Notes: generated from the sequence alone by a model not told the origin. Positions 12,057 to 22,691 are shown, counted from the first letter of the stretch. The stretch is 42,052 bases of DNA from Chrysochromulina tobinii (GCA_001275005.1 JWZX01002826.1:1-42052); one strand, 5' to 3'. Numbers and translations: made by a program.

Positions 12057-13343
12057 ATGGCCTCCGCGCCCGCCAAGCTCTGCTCGCTCATCTTCGTCCT
12101 CGACCCTCTCAATTCGCGCGTACTGCTCGGGCTGAAGAAGCGTGGCTTCGGCGCGGGGAAGTTCAATGGATACGGCGGCAAGCTTGAGGCAGGCGAGAGC
12201 ATGCGTGCGTGCTGCTCGCGCGAGCTTGAGGAGGAGTGTGGGCTTCGCGTGCCACCCGCCGCCTTTCAGAGACGCGCTGTGCTGACCTTTAACATGTTGG
12301 CAGACGGCATGAAGTCTGCCGATGGCACCATCACCTCTCGCATCGAGGTGCACGCCTACTCTTGCCTGCTGAGCGAGGCGACGGGCTCGGTCATCGAGAC
12401 TGACGAGATGGCACCAGAGTGGTTCCCGATCGATGCGCCACCATTACCCAAGATGTGGGCCGACGATGAGCACTGGCTGCCGCACGTGCTCTCGGGTATG
12501 GATGTCGTCGGCGCTTTTCTCTTCAAAGATGCAAGTACCATCCTCTCGAAGCGCGTCGAAGTGTTGCCACCTCGCAGACTGGAAGTGGACGAGCAGCGCT
12601 CAAGACGCCTGTGCGTCGATCACCTCGTGTATGGGGTGCCTGGCGACCTGGAGTCAGCCATTGACGCCTTCGAGGCGCTCACGGGCGTGCGGCCGGCGGT
12701 CGGAGGTGTCCACAAGGGCCTCGGCACGCGCAACGCTCTCGTCGCGCTTGGCGGCCCCGATGATGGGAGCACCGGCGGCCAGTTCGGCTACTTTGAGATC
12801 CTCGCGCTCGACCCGGCGCAGCAGCCAGAGCGCCTGTGGATGGCCATGGACTCCGTGATGGCACGCGGCGAGCCGCGGCTGGTCACATGGGCCGCCGATC
12901 GCTCACGGGCTCCGGGACTTGAGTCCACGTCACTTGAGGCATCCATCGAGGCCGCGCGCCAGCTGGGATATGACCCGGGCGAGGTGCAGCACTTTGCGCG
13001 CGCGACGGCCGACGGCGCCACGCTCAAGTGGAAGCTCGCGTACCGGCATTACGAGGAGTCCACACTGCCAGTCGACGGTTTGGTTCCCTTTTTGATCGAG
13101 TGGGATCCGAAGAGCCGCGAGGCGGGCATGATCCCTTCCTCGACCGCGCCACGAGGGATCGAGCTCCTGTCGTTGCGAGCCGAAGCCGCCGATCCGAAGG
13201 CAGCGGCGGAGGCCTTGGGCGCCGTTGGCATCGATGCCGCGGACCTGCTCGGCGATGCTTCTGCCGGCGGCGGCACGAAGGTGGCCACGAGTCGAATCAT
13301 CGCGACGCTTCGGACGCCCAAGGGCGTGGTGGAGATTGGATGA
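12057..13343 (+). CDS. NUDT1/MTH1-like 8-oxo-dGTP diphosphatase fused to a glyoxalase-like (VOC, Glyoxalase_3) domain
   Basis: VLLGLKKRGFGAGKFNGYGGKLEAGES...RELEEECGL Nudix box and MWADDEHWLP; then DHLVYGV.DLE...TGVRPAVGGVHKGLGTRNALVALG...YFEILA...VPFLIEW...TPKGVVEI. Confidence 0.9.
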   Translation: MASAPAKLCSLIFVLDPLNSRVLLGLKKRGFGAGKFNGYGGKLEAGESMRACCSRELEEECGLRVPPAAFQRRAVLTFNMLADGMKSADGTITSRIEVHAYSCLLSEATGSVIETDEMAPEWFPIDAPPLPKMWADDEHWLPHVLSGMDVVGAFLFKDASTILSKRVEVLPPRRLEVDEQRSRRLCVDHLVYGVPGDLESAIDAFEALTGVRPAVGGVHKGLGTRNALVALGGPDDGSTGGQFGYFEILALDPAQQPERLWMAMDSVMARGEPRLVTWAADRSRAPGLESTSLEASIEAARQLGYDPGEVQHFARATADGATLKWKLAYRHYEESTLPVDGLVPFLIEWDPKSREAGMIPSSTAPRGIELLSLRAEAADPKAAAEALGAVGIDAADLLGDASAGGGTKVATSRIIATLRTPKGVVEIG

Positions 13344-13383
13344 GATTGGATGAGATTGGATGAGATTGGTGGAGATTGGATGA
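13328..13383 (+). repeat. 10-bp tandem repeat (GAGATTGGAT)n spanning the stop codon
   Basis: ggtggagattggatgagattggatgagattggatgagattggtggagattggatga. Confidence 0.9.
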
Positions 13384-13791
13384 AGGTGACGAGCGTATAC
13401 AAGCGTATACTGTAGGCACCGGTAAAGGTACCGGTCGACCGCGAGAGGAGCGGGGCGTGCCGTGTGGCTCATACGTGCAGATTGTAGACGCGTCACGTGC
13501 AGACGGGCGACGGCAGCGGGCGCCCTCGCACGTCTGTCGTTCTCAGCATCCGGTATACCGGATAGGAAGCGGTACCGGCCGCGGTACGGGTGGAACGTTG
13601 TACGGCCGTTAATTTTTCCCGCCGCGCCGTCCCCGGTCTAATGTCTTTTTTAACACGACACCCCGCCGGTTGCGGACTTCGGTTCTTTTTATTCGGTCGC
13701 GTCACGATCACCGTTCACCCTCAAAAGCGTTCTAAGGGTCGGTCTAGAACTCGTATTATGTCTCTACACACGTAGGTACAAGGTGACTAGA

Positions 13792-15246
13792 TTAGGGTCG
13801 GTTCGGGCTCGGCTCGTTCGACGCGAGGAGCTGCTCGACCGCGGCGGCCATGCTGCCACTCGCATTGAGTGCGGCACGAGCAGCGTCCTGTGCAAAGCCC
13901 ATGGCCATGAGCTCGTGCACTTCGGCGGACAGCTCACGCCCCGCCTCGGTCATGATATCGGCCGGCCGCGCTGGCAGACACCACTCGGCACGCAATTTGG
14001 CGCCCAGCTCCTCGCCACGGCCCTCGCCACGGCCCTCGCCCCCCGCGCCGATTGTGAGCGGCCCGAACAGCAGATCGAATGCCCAAGTCACCTGCACCCT
14101 GTCGGCATACTCAAGGGAGGTGCTGTTGACAAGGACGAGCGTTGGGCCACGCCTTGCGTGTTTGAACGCAAAGGCGGCGGAGAAGTGGCCGTTGAGGTCG
14201 AGGGCGATGACTCGCACGCGCGGCGGCGAAGAGATGTCCGCACCCGCGACGGCGCCTGCGCCCGCAACGGCGCCCGCGACGGCGCCCGCGGCGAGCGCGC
14301 CATCGTCGGCCACAGCGGCCACGTGCGATGCAGGGGCGGCGGGAGCGAGCCCATCCACGACGACATCCACGACGACGATCGACCGACCGGCTGTAGCCAG
14401 TGCTGCCACCTGCGCGCGCTCGTCGGCGATCCACTCCGCAGGCGACTGCAGCTGGCGGCCGCTCGGCCCAAAGCGCTCGACGCAGAAATAGGCGTCGCCC
14501 GCCGCGTACACCACCACGCCAGGCGCCGTGATCCTACCCCCGAAGCGAGCCTCCTCTTCGAGGATGCGAGATCGCTCCTCGTGCGTCGCGACGTCGAGCA
14601 TCGGAAACTGGTTCATGCGTACAAAGAGCAGCCGACGCCGGCTGTCGGCCGATGCACTCGACGCGTACTCGCTCAGCAGAGCGCTCAGCTCGTAATTCGC
14701 CACCCACGACCGACAATAGTTGCTCGCCTCACGCCCAGAGCCACCGGAGAAGCTGGCCACGTTGGCGGCGATGTATGCCTCGCGCCGTTGGCGCACTGCC
14801 CGCATGGCCGCGTCCACCCGCGTCAGCACGGCCTCCGGGTCGCGCACCGCACTCATGAGCTTCTCGATGAGCACATCATCATCGTCCGGTGATACGGTGC
14901 TGCTCTCCATGTTCTCGAGGGCCTCGGAGAGGAGTTCGCAGTTGGCCGCGGTGAGGTAGCCGCAGATGCTGCCTGCAGTCTGATGCTTGCCAATCGCCGC
15001 GCTCCAAAAGTCGTGGAACTGGTCGAGGGCACCGCGGCTGATGATGCCTCCCATTGCCGGCACCTGCTGTGCGAAGTGGTGCGAGAGCGGTGGATGGGCC
15101 TCGCTGCGCGGGCGGAACTCGCCAGCATTGGGACCTTCTTGCGCCAGTGGCAGCGGCGCCTCGTTGCGCGCGCGCGCCTCAGCGGCTGACAAGTCGAGCG
15201 CAAGCGCAAGCGCCTCGTCCTCGGTCAGCCCAGTCGCGGACGCCAT
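13792..15246 (-). CDS. UIM + putative papain-fold cysteine-peptidase domain + UBA protein (candidate deubiquitinase)
   Basis: N-terminal UIM-like TEDEALALALDLSAAE; C-terminal UBA VHELMAMGFAQDAARAALNASGSMAAAVEQLL; central HQTAGSICGY and LDLNGHF...LVLVNS. ATG at 15246. Confidence 0.75.
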   Translation of the reverse strand: MASATGLTEDEALALALDLSAAEARARNEAPLPLAQEGPNAGEFRPRSEAHPPLSHHFAQQVPAMGGIISRGALDQFHDFWSAAIGKHQTAGSICGYLTAANCELLSEALENMESSTVSPDDDDVLIEKLMSAVRDPEAVLTRVDAAMRAVRQRREAYIAANVASFSGGSGREASNYCRSWVANYELSALLSEYASSASADSRRRLLFVRMNQFPMLDVATHEERSRILEEEARFGGRITAPGVVVYAAGDAYFCVERFGPSGRQLQSPAEWIADERAQVAALATAGRSIVVVDVVVDGLAPAAPASHVAAVADDGALAAGAVAGAVAGAGAVAGADISSPPRVRVIALDLNGHFSAAFAFKHARRGPTLVLVNSTSLEYADRVQVTWAFDLLFGPLTIGAGGEGRGEGRGEELGAKLRAEWCLPARPADIMTEAGRELSAEVHELMAMGFAQDAARAALNASGSMAAAVEQLLASNEPSPNRP

Positions 15247-15416
15247 GTTCGCCGTTCGTGAGAGTGCTCGCTTTTTATGGATCACGGCGGACCAGACAGA
15301 ACTAAACAATTTGATCAAATTCAAAACGACCCGGGTTCATCCACGGATAAAGGGGTCGTCTAGGTTGCGGCCCGGGCATCTCCTCACACTTGAATTGGAA
15401 ATTTCGAGGCGATCCT

Positions 15417-15650
15417 ATGGCTCGGGCACGAGTCGTCGCCCTCGAAGCGTCGAAGGAGCAGCCGCCGTACGCAACGGCCGCAAGGCCGCGCGGCGGTCTC
15501 ACGCTCGATAGCCTCGGGGTCGAGTTCGACATCGAGCTCAACCGGATGAGGCTGCTGCCAGCTAAGTGCATCGCCTACACGTCCACAGTGCGCGAGATCC
15601 TTCAGGGGGGACCACGTGCTCGAAGGACGCCCTCATGTTCCACCTGCTGA
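15417..15650 (+). mobile_element. Possible relic of a DIRS-type reverse transcriptase C-terminal segment
   Basis: LDSLGVEFDIELNRMRLLPAKCIAYTSTVREIL resembles the LG(I/V)xxD...xLPxxK motif after the RT palm of tyrosine-recombinase retrotransposons; short and degraded. Confidence 0.35.
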
Positions 15651-16325
15651 GCAAGCTGCAGTTCGCAGCCAGCTGCTTCTGACGGACAGCTGGGAGGAAC
15701 GTACAGCTGGGAGGAACTGTGCATGTACTGAACTTACATGCGATTATGTGTATCGTTAATGTCATCTCCATACGGGGGAGATGTGTGTCTCCATGTGCTG
15801 AGTAGGTTCGCTTTCAGGAAAACTCTCTTCTGCATTGCGCTCTTCTCTCTCTGCTCTCTCATAGTAGCGTGGAAGTCTCTCGACCTCCTACTCTATCCTC
15901 TACAACACATCAACCATCCCGCGGAAGCCTCCCGCGACTCGAGGTCTTCCAATGGCTATCCAATGGCCGGTTGGCCGCCGCAGCTGCTGTTGTTGACCCG
16001 GGGCTTGAGTCAGCATTTCAAACATCATGTGAGGCCGTGGCTGGGCTCAGCGTCGCGGTCCTCGACGAGAAGCAACCGGAGCGGGATTGGCATCGCTGGA
16101 TGCAAGCCCTCTTGGACGCCGTTGCCACCAGACCAATGTTCAAAAGGCCGAGCTGGAGTACATGTATACGGGAGCGCTTACATGTACGGCGGTGACCGCA
16201 CTCACTGCACTGCAGCTTGCAAGCGATGATCTTGCCGTTGTCTCGGCGGCGGGACCGACGCTGCGGCAGCGCCGGCAGTTAGCACTGCGAGCCTTCATCA
16301 ACAACTCTCTGCTGGAGGGTGGAGA

Positions 16326-16731
16326 TGCTCGTGAGGGAAGGAGACGACGGGACGGGCCCGGGCCCTGTTTTCTGTCGCCGTGGTCGACCGGGTGATCGCG
16401 TGTCTCGCCGTGGACGTGCGTGAGCTCATCGACCATGTCCCCCCCCTCGGCCAGGAACTGGGTTTGGGGTGTCGAGCCCCGGCAGCTGATATGGGCCCGC
16501 TTCTGAATCTTGCGCTCTCATCCCACGGGCGCTGCAACCGGCCAACCGCTGCCAGGCTGCCGCAGCCAACGCCCCTGGCACTCGGGGCAGACGAGGCCAT
16601 GAGTAATAACCCTGCACTTTCCCACAAGATCCCCTTCACTCCCCTTCCCCCCTTCCCCCTCATTGCATGCAGGATTCTCTCTCGTTGCATGCGGGGCGCC
16701 ACACACTTGGCTCTTGGGGGCCTTTGGGGCG
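16326..16731 (+). repeat. Copy 1 of a ~400-450 bp dispersed direct repeat
   Basis: Highly similar to 17696-18149 (ggaaggagacgacgggacgggcccgggccctg...cacacacttgg...gggggcctttggggcg) with small indels. Confidence 0.92.
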
Positions 16732-16826
16732 TTTGGCAAAACCTCGGCAAAGCATCTCGAGGCAACTGGTGCCACTGCGGTCCTTTTCTTTTATATCTGC
16801 CTTCAAACGGCGCAACAAAATGTACA

Positions 16827-17620
16827 ATGAATGGAAAAGGTTTCACCGGGGCAAATGGCGCCGGCACGGGCAAGGGACCTCGCACGATGAAATGCTGGCA
16901 ATGCGAGGCATGCAGCGGTTTCATCTTATGGTCTGGGTATAAGACTTGTGGCAACCTCAGTGGATGTTCAAAAAGCGCCCAGACTGCCCCATCTTGGATT
17001 CAAAGGTACGAAGAGAGGCAGGAACATATAGAAGAAGCGATCATTTCAGGGCACTATGTTTTATATGACCAAAATCCAGCTCTCGATCAAGCGCGCCCAA
17101 TCTTCGATGATGACGATTGACGTGCTGCCGCCGCTGCCCCCGCCGCCGTTGCCCCCGTTGACGCAGCTGCCTCCGCAGCAGCTGCTCCCGCTGTCGCTGC
17201 CCCCCTTGGCTGCCCCTGCCGCCGCCACTACACCCGCCGCAGCTGGCCCCGCTGCAGCAACCCACGCCGACGCAGCTGCCCCCGCCGCAGCAGCCCGCGC
17301 CGCCGCTGCCCTCGCCGCCGCTGCCGCCGCCGCAGTTGCTGGTAGGCTGGCAGCTCGTGTTTGTTGACCATACAGCCGTGATCGACATTCCTTTGCAAGC
17401 GTTGGAACGAGCATCTAAGCCCCGGCTCATACCGGCTCAATGGACGGCGTATAAAGGACAGCGAACCACCGCTCCCGTTTGAGTCTGAGTACCGCACACT
17501 ACGACTTTCAGTGCAGGCTCCAACCGAAGCCAAAGAGAAGGCCAAGATGGCGCATTCCAAGGCGGAGGCGGACTTGCTCGGCTTGTAAAAGTATCCAAGG
17601 ATTGTCGCATGGCCTTACAA
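16827..17620 (+). pseudogene. Degraded coding-like segment (CxxC...C zinc-ribbon-like, acidic, Pro/Ala-rich) between the two repeat copies
   Basis: MNGKGFTG...KCWQCEACSG...TCGNLSGC...FDDDD* continues in another frame as a Pro/Ala-rich tract; frameshifts and stops. Confidence 0.35.
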
Positions 17621-17695
17621 ACTATCCTGAGGGCCAGACGGAGGAGATCGGCGAGCGCGAGCTACACAGAGCGACCGATGTGGGCAGCGTGCCTT

Positions 17696-18149
17696 TGCTC
17701 GTGAGCACATCAGAAGAGGCACACCAAGACGAAGGAGGGAGGGAAGGAGACGACGGGACGGGCCCGGGCCCTGTTTTCTGTCGCCGTGGTCGACCGGGTG
17801 GTGCTCGCGTGTCTCGCCGTGGACGTGCGTGAGCTCATCGACCATGTCCCCCCCCTCAGCCAGGAACTGGGTTTGGGGTGTCGAGCCCCGGCAGCTGATA
17901 TGGGGCTTCTGAATCTTGCGCTCTCATCCCACGGGCGCTGCAACCGGCCAACCGCTGCCAGACTGACCCCCAGACTGCCGCAGCCAACGCCCCTGGCACT
18001 CGGGGCAGACGAGGCCATGAGTTTACCCTGCACTTTCCCACAAGATCCCCTTCTCTCCCCTTCCCCCCTTCCCCCTCATTGCATGCAGGATTCTCTCTCG
18101 TTGCATGTGCGGCAGGTTGGGCGCCACACACTTGGGGGCCTTTGGGGCG
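17696..18149 (+). repeat. Copy 2 of the dispersed direct repeat, ending 5 bp before the hydrolase ATG
   Basis: Aligns with 16326-16731. Confidence 0.92.
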
Positions 18150-18154
18150 AGGGG

Positions 18155-19102
18155 ATGCGCTCGTGCGTTATCTATGCGGCATGTGTAGGTCGGGTCGCCT
18201 CGTTTGCAACCGCTGCTGCAGTTATTCCCACGCAGACCATCATCGCTGGCCACCGCGCATTGCTCGTCGGCCCTATGCGCACGGACGTGCCGTCGCGGCC
18301 GCCGCTGGTGCTCCTGGGCGGAACCGCTCAGTGGCTCGACTCATGGCAAGGCCACCTCACCGCGCTCGCGCAGTCGCGGCGTGTGCTGCTTTACGAGACG
18401 CGTGGCCAAGGCGGCGCATTCGCCGCTGCCGATGCTGCGCAAGCAGACGTGACGAATTGTTCGCTGCCTCATCACGCAGAGGACTTTGCATCTGTGCTCA
18501 GGGCCTCCGGCCTCGCAGCAGCCGGTGAATGCGACGTGTGCGCCTTCTCCTTTGGCGGCCGCGTCGCTATGGCGGCAGCCGCCCTTGCCGACATCTCTCC
18601 CGCGCGCATACGCCGGCTCGTCGTCACCGGCGTGGCCGCCGATCGCGGCACGAGCGGCCGGCTAGCGCTCCGGTCGTGGCGCGCCTCGCTCTCCGCCGGT
18701 GACCTGCGCGGCTTCGTGTGGCGCCTAATCCTCGACACGCACTCGCCGCGCTACCTCGCCGCGCAGGAGACCAACGTGCCCAAGTGGGTCGATGCCGTCG
18801 TGGCGGCCAACTCGCTCGCAGGGCTTCGTGGAATCGTTGAGATGACTCATACGGAGGTACCGACTGACCCAACGCATCCCCTCGCGATGGCGCGCAGCCT
18901 CGCCCAGAAGGGAAGCGTCGATCGCGGGCTGCTGCTCGTGGGCGAAGAGGACACCCTCTCGCCGAGCTCGGCGGCGCGCGAACTCGCGGACGCGGCCGGA
19001 TGGGAGTTCCGCTCGATTGCAGGCGCTGCGCATGCAGTCCCGATTGAGCAGGCTGTGATTTGGAGGCGAGCGGTGTTGGAGTTCCTGGATCGGTCTGAGT
19101 AG
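18155..19102 (+). CDS. Alpha/beta-fold hydrolase
   Basis: PPLVLLGG, RRVLLYETRGQG, nucleophile elbow AFSFGG, GEED acid, GAAHAV His. The upstream part of the 17786 ORF is repeat-derived, so the ATG at 18155 is preferred. Confidence 0.85.
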   Translation: MRSCVIYAACVGRVASFATAAAVIPTQTIIAGHRALLVGPMRTDVPSRPPLVLLGGTAQWLDSWQGHLTALAQSRRVLLYETRGQGGAFAAADAAQADVTNCSLPHHAEDFASVLRASGLAAAGECDVCAFSFGGRVAMAAAALADISPARIRRLVVTGVAADRGTSGRLALRSWRASLSAGDLRGFVWRLILDTHSPRYLAAQETNVPKWVDAVVAANSLAGLRGIVEMTHTEVPTDPTHPLAMARSLAQKGSVDRGLLLVGEEDTLSPSSAARELADAAGWEFRSIAGAAHAVPIEQAVIWRRAVLEFLDRSE

Positions 19103-19288
19103 AGCTTCCCAGCTTCAAGTCGAGTGCTCTACGAGACGTTTTCGAAACGGCCTTTTCCCGATGCGCTCGCGACGGCGCGCTGCCACGTGTTCACGATCTT
19201 TCTTCGACTCGCGTCACAACACACAAGGGCGCCCCTGCGTGGCGATTCAGCGGACGGCCGAGCGTCAACATTCCCGCAGGACTCTACG

Positions 19289-19846
19289 ATGACGCGCTTG
19301 TGCTTTCTATTGTTGGCCATCCTTCCGGCAACACTCGCGCAGAGCCTATACAGGGCGATCAAGGAGAATAACATGGCGATGGTGAACATTGTGCTCAAGA
19401 GCGGCGTGAAGGGCGGAGTGAATGCACCTCTCATGGAAGGCGACGAGGTGGGGGAGCCGCCGCTGCTCATGGCGGTTCGCCAGGGTAAGCACAAAGCCCT
19501 CAAGGCCCTGCTCAAGGCCCCCAAGATCGACACGGCAATCGTCGACAAGGACGGCCTTCCGTTGATGCATGTCGCCGCTGCAAGCGGCAGCATGAAGATC
19601 ATCATCGAGCTGCTGACGACGCGCAAGTTCGATCCGCTCTCCGTGCATGCGGCCGACGGCCTTGCGCCGTTGCATCGGGCTGTCCTCAGCGGCTCTACGG
19701 ACGCGGTCAAGGCGTTGCTCAACGCGGAGGTGCCCTCTGACCAGCCAACCGCCGATGGCCGCCTACCAATGGATCTGGCAGAGAGTCTCGCGATGAAGGA
19801 GGTTCTCAAAAAATTTGCGCGCGCCGTGTCCAAGGAGGAGGTTTGA
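19289..19846 (+). CDS. Signal-peptide-bearing ankyrin-repeat protein
   Basis: MTRLCFLLLAILPATLA signal peptide; ankyrin motifs PPLLMAVRQGK, PLMHVAAASGS, APLHRAVLSGSTDAVKALL, DGRLPMDLA; ends KEEV. Confidence 0.85.
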   Translation: MTRLCFLLLAILPATLAQSLYRAIKENNMAMVNIVLKSGVKGGVNAPLMEGDEVGEPPLLMAVRQGKHKALKALLKAPKIDTAIVDKDGLPLMHVAAASGSMKIIIELLTTRKFDPLSVHAADGLAPLHRAVLSGSTDAVKALLNAEVPSDQPTADGRLPMDLAESLAMKEVLKKFARAVSKEEV

Positions 19847-20050
19847 GAGAGGCGCGCTTGCGCAACATGAAGGACAGTTTCCCCGATGACAGTTCCGATT
19901 GAGATTTAGCACCGAGCAGGCAGGGTAGAGTAATAAGACGCAACACGTACGCATCCGCAACACCGTACCGGCTCCTCCCGGTGTCTTTTTTCGGTATACA
20001 TCTAATTTTTCAGCTCGCGAGGCGTCGTGCTGGGCCCCCGATACGATCAG

Positions 20051-22537
20051 ATGCAGAGCCAGCCGATCGGGTCGTCGCCGAGCGAGCCGCTCGAATGCAC
20101 GCTGCAACAAGCCGCCGACCTGGTCAGCCTGCTGCACACAATCGCTCATGAATGGTCGGTGCCCAATCAGCGCAAGGGCCGCCCCGTCGACATCGGCCTC
20201 GGACGCGCCTTGCTTTGCGACTTTGAGGGTTCACCGTGCCCGCTCTTGAGTGGGCCTCGTCCGCTCCTGGCGGCCATCGGCTCGCGCTGGCCGTTGCACA
20301 TCCGCACGTCTTCAGCACCAGTCACCTCCGCCATCGCACGGCTCGCCGCGGACGTGGCCAACGACAGCGCCACTGCTAGCAAGAGCAGCAGCAGCAGCAG
20401 CAGTGCCGCAGTTGACGTGCTCTTGCTCCCTGTGGGCGCCCCACCATCGACAGAAACCCCGCCTCAGCTCCTGATTGTGCTCTCGGAGGCGGCGATGACT
20501 CCCGCGGAATGGGATCTTGCGTTGAGCTCCGTGCCGGCGGGCTTCAACGGCTCGTCCTCCGGCGCACGCTTCCTCTTCCCAGACCACTCCATCAACTCGA
20601 GTGACGAGACCGGTACGGCGGCGAGTGCGCCTGGGATGCGCGCCCGCCGCTCGCGCAGCCGAGCCGTGCCGCCGCCGCTGCACCGTGCTGCTCTGCTCTG
20701 GCGGGCGACGGTGCTCTGCGAGCCTCCGCTGTGGGATCTTAGGCGGCCCGTCGGCGAGGTGACGGCGAAGGAGGCGGCGGCGGCGGCGGCGGCCGTGGCG
20801 CGTGGCGTGCCCTACTCGGAGTGGTTCGTGTGCGCGACACTCGAGGTGCTGCGCCCGCTCGTGCGCACCCTCTTCCGACTGCCCCGTCGAAAAGGCAAGT
20901 CGGTCTGGTCGACATGCGTCCGAGCCGCCTCGCCGTGCTTCTGGTTCATTGGCCTTCACACGCGCGGCGAGCACTTCGTGACGCAGGTGCTCTCCTCCCC
21001 GGACGTGCTGCTCGGCCGGATGAGTGCACACCGCACGGCCGTCTTGGCGCGCCTGGGCGCCAGCGCCAGCGCCGTCGCGGGCACGAACGCCGTATCGGGC
21101 ACGGGCGCCGTCGAGGGCTTGAGTGCCACCTACTCGGGCACGGGCGCCGTATCGGGCGCCATGGGCGCGTGGCCCCCGTTGCTGCTCGTCGACCCCGCAG
21201 CCGGCGAAGGGAACTACACACAGCACCTGCCCGACGGGATGGGGCGGACGCCCGCGCTTGCGCTGGTCGAGACCTATGGCTGGCATGCCTTGCTCGGCGA
21301 GCCTGACCGTTACACCTTCAGCTGGCTCTCGCGACATTTTGAGGCGCACGTCGCCGCCGGACGCGCCACGCTCACTCCGCACGGCGTTACTCCCCTCCCC
21401 TCCGCGGTCGTTGCGCCGCTGTACTCCTGGACGCTTGAACCTGAGTGCCACCTGATTGCCACCTGATTGCCACCTGATTGTCACCTGATTGCCACGCATG
21501 CAACCGGGAGAATCTCGGGAGAATCTCGAGTGCCGCCCTCATCAGGGACACGCTTGAAGTGCCTCTGCTTGCCTCTGATGACCTCCGATGACCTCCGATG
21601 ACCTCCGATGACCTCTAATGACCTCTGATGGTCGCCCTCATCAGGTACACGCTCGACGCACGGGTGCCCGAGCTCGAGCGCACCTACGAGCGCGGCCTGC
21701 CCCAAATCACCCGCCAACGGCTGCAGTGGGCGTCTTCGACATACCGGGCAACCGCCCTGAGCGTGCGCGGCGACCTGTGGCTGTACAACCACTTGGCGGG
21801 AGGACCGGTCGCGGAAGCCCTCGAGATGGGCGGCTTTGCGCAGGTGCTCTCCTCTGCCACTGATGGCCTCTGTGTCCTGTGGTTGCCTCTGATGGCCTCT
21901 GATTGCCACTGATGGCCTCTGTAGCCGCTGATTGCCTCGGATTGCCGCTGATTGCCACTGATTGCCACTGATTGCATCGGATTGCCTCGGATTGCCTCTG
22001 ATGGGCACCTGTGGACTCTGATGGCCTCCTGGGCAGAGTGCTGCCGCGTTCCACGCACGCAAGGCCAACTCAGCCAAGCTGCGCCGGCGCTGCTACAACG
22101 CGAGCGTGCTCGAGACCAATGTGAGTTTCGTCACTTGGGCGACGCTGCTCGGGAAGCTGCCGCCCACAGCCAAGCGAGTCGACTTGCTCGTGCTCGATCA
22201 GCGAGATCCGGGCGTGGCAGCCCTTGTGGAATCCTTCCCGCTCGATCTCGTCAAGCCGAGCCTGCTCTACTACCGGACGGCTGCGGGCGCGGGCACGCGG
22301 CGCCACCTGCTGAGCCATGGCTACCAGACGTCCGCGCACCACGAAACGTCCGCGTGGGGTGAGAACACGCTCGCCTGGCGCGCGGACCGGTGCCAGGCGT
22401 CAGGGATGCCCGGCCGGCCGTTGTGGGCTGAGCCCGAGTGGCTCGCAGTCGCCAGCCGCGTCGCTCAGGCTGAGGTGCCGCCGCTGCCGGTGCGCAGGCG
22501 AGGACGTAGGCGCGGCGGCGCTGGTGGAGCGGGCTGA
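20051..22537 (+). CDS. Multi-exon protein with a possible glycosyltransferase-like segment and a C-terminal divergent FkbM methyltransferase-like domain; exons 20051-21420, 21645-21843, 22037-22537
   Basis: Three ORFs join in frame through two GT-AG introns (2070 nt). FkbM-like YGWHALLGEP..TF..L and VTWATLL...RVDLLVLD...SFPLDLVKPSLLYY; FIGLHTRG resembles fucosyltransferase IG(L/V)HxR. Confidence 0.65.
21421..21644 (+). other. GT-AG intron (224 bp) made of two sub-units, each ending gccctcatcag
   Basis: CCGCT|gtactcctggacgcttgaa...(cacctgattgc)n...gccctcatcag ggacacgcttgaa...(gatgacctcc)n...gccctcatcag|GTACACGCTCGAC; the join reads APLYTLDARV. Confidence 0.8.
21844..22036 (+). other. GT-AG intron (193 bp) of ~10-bp CTGATTGCC(A/T) repeats
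   Basis: GCGCAG|gtgctc...ctgggcag|AGTGCTGCC, phase 0; the join reads GFAQ|SAAAFHARK...VLETNVSF. Confidence 0.8.
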
Positions 22538-22691
22538 CAGTAGACAGACGTGATTTTGAGACCGGACTGTTTGAAGCAGTATTGAGTATAATATAGCGCT
22601 GAGCTGGAAGTCAAGTACCCGGGTCCGGGATCATAGATTACGGGAGGGGACGAACAGTCCGGAGGTGAACAGTACCGGCTTCGAACCGCGC

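Noticed and set aside
13328..13383. Another duplication-type intron at the Nudix-VOC stop codon
   Set aside because: No AG precedes the second ggtggagattgga copy and the unit differs; simple slippage repeat.
16326..18149. Intact LTR retrotransposon
   Set aside because: No clear TG...CA termini, PBS, or gag/pol ORF between the repeats.
21440..22030. Telomeric repeats, CRISPR, or coding ORFs (21481-22077 etc.) from the CTGATTGCC arrays
   Set aside because: Units are imperfect 10-11-mers confined to GT-AG-bounded segments whose removal restores a reading frame.
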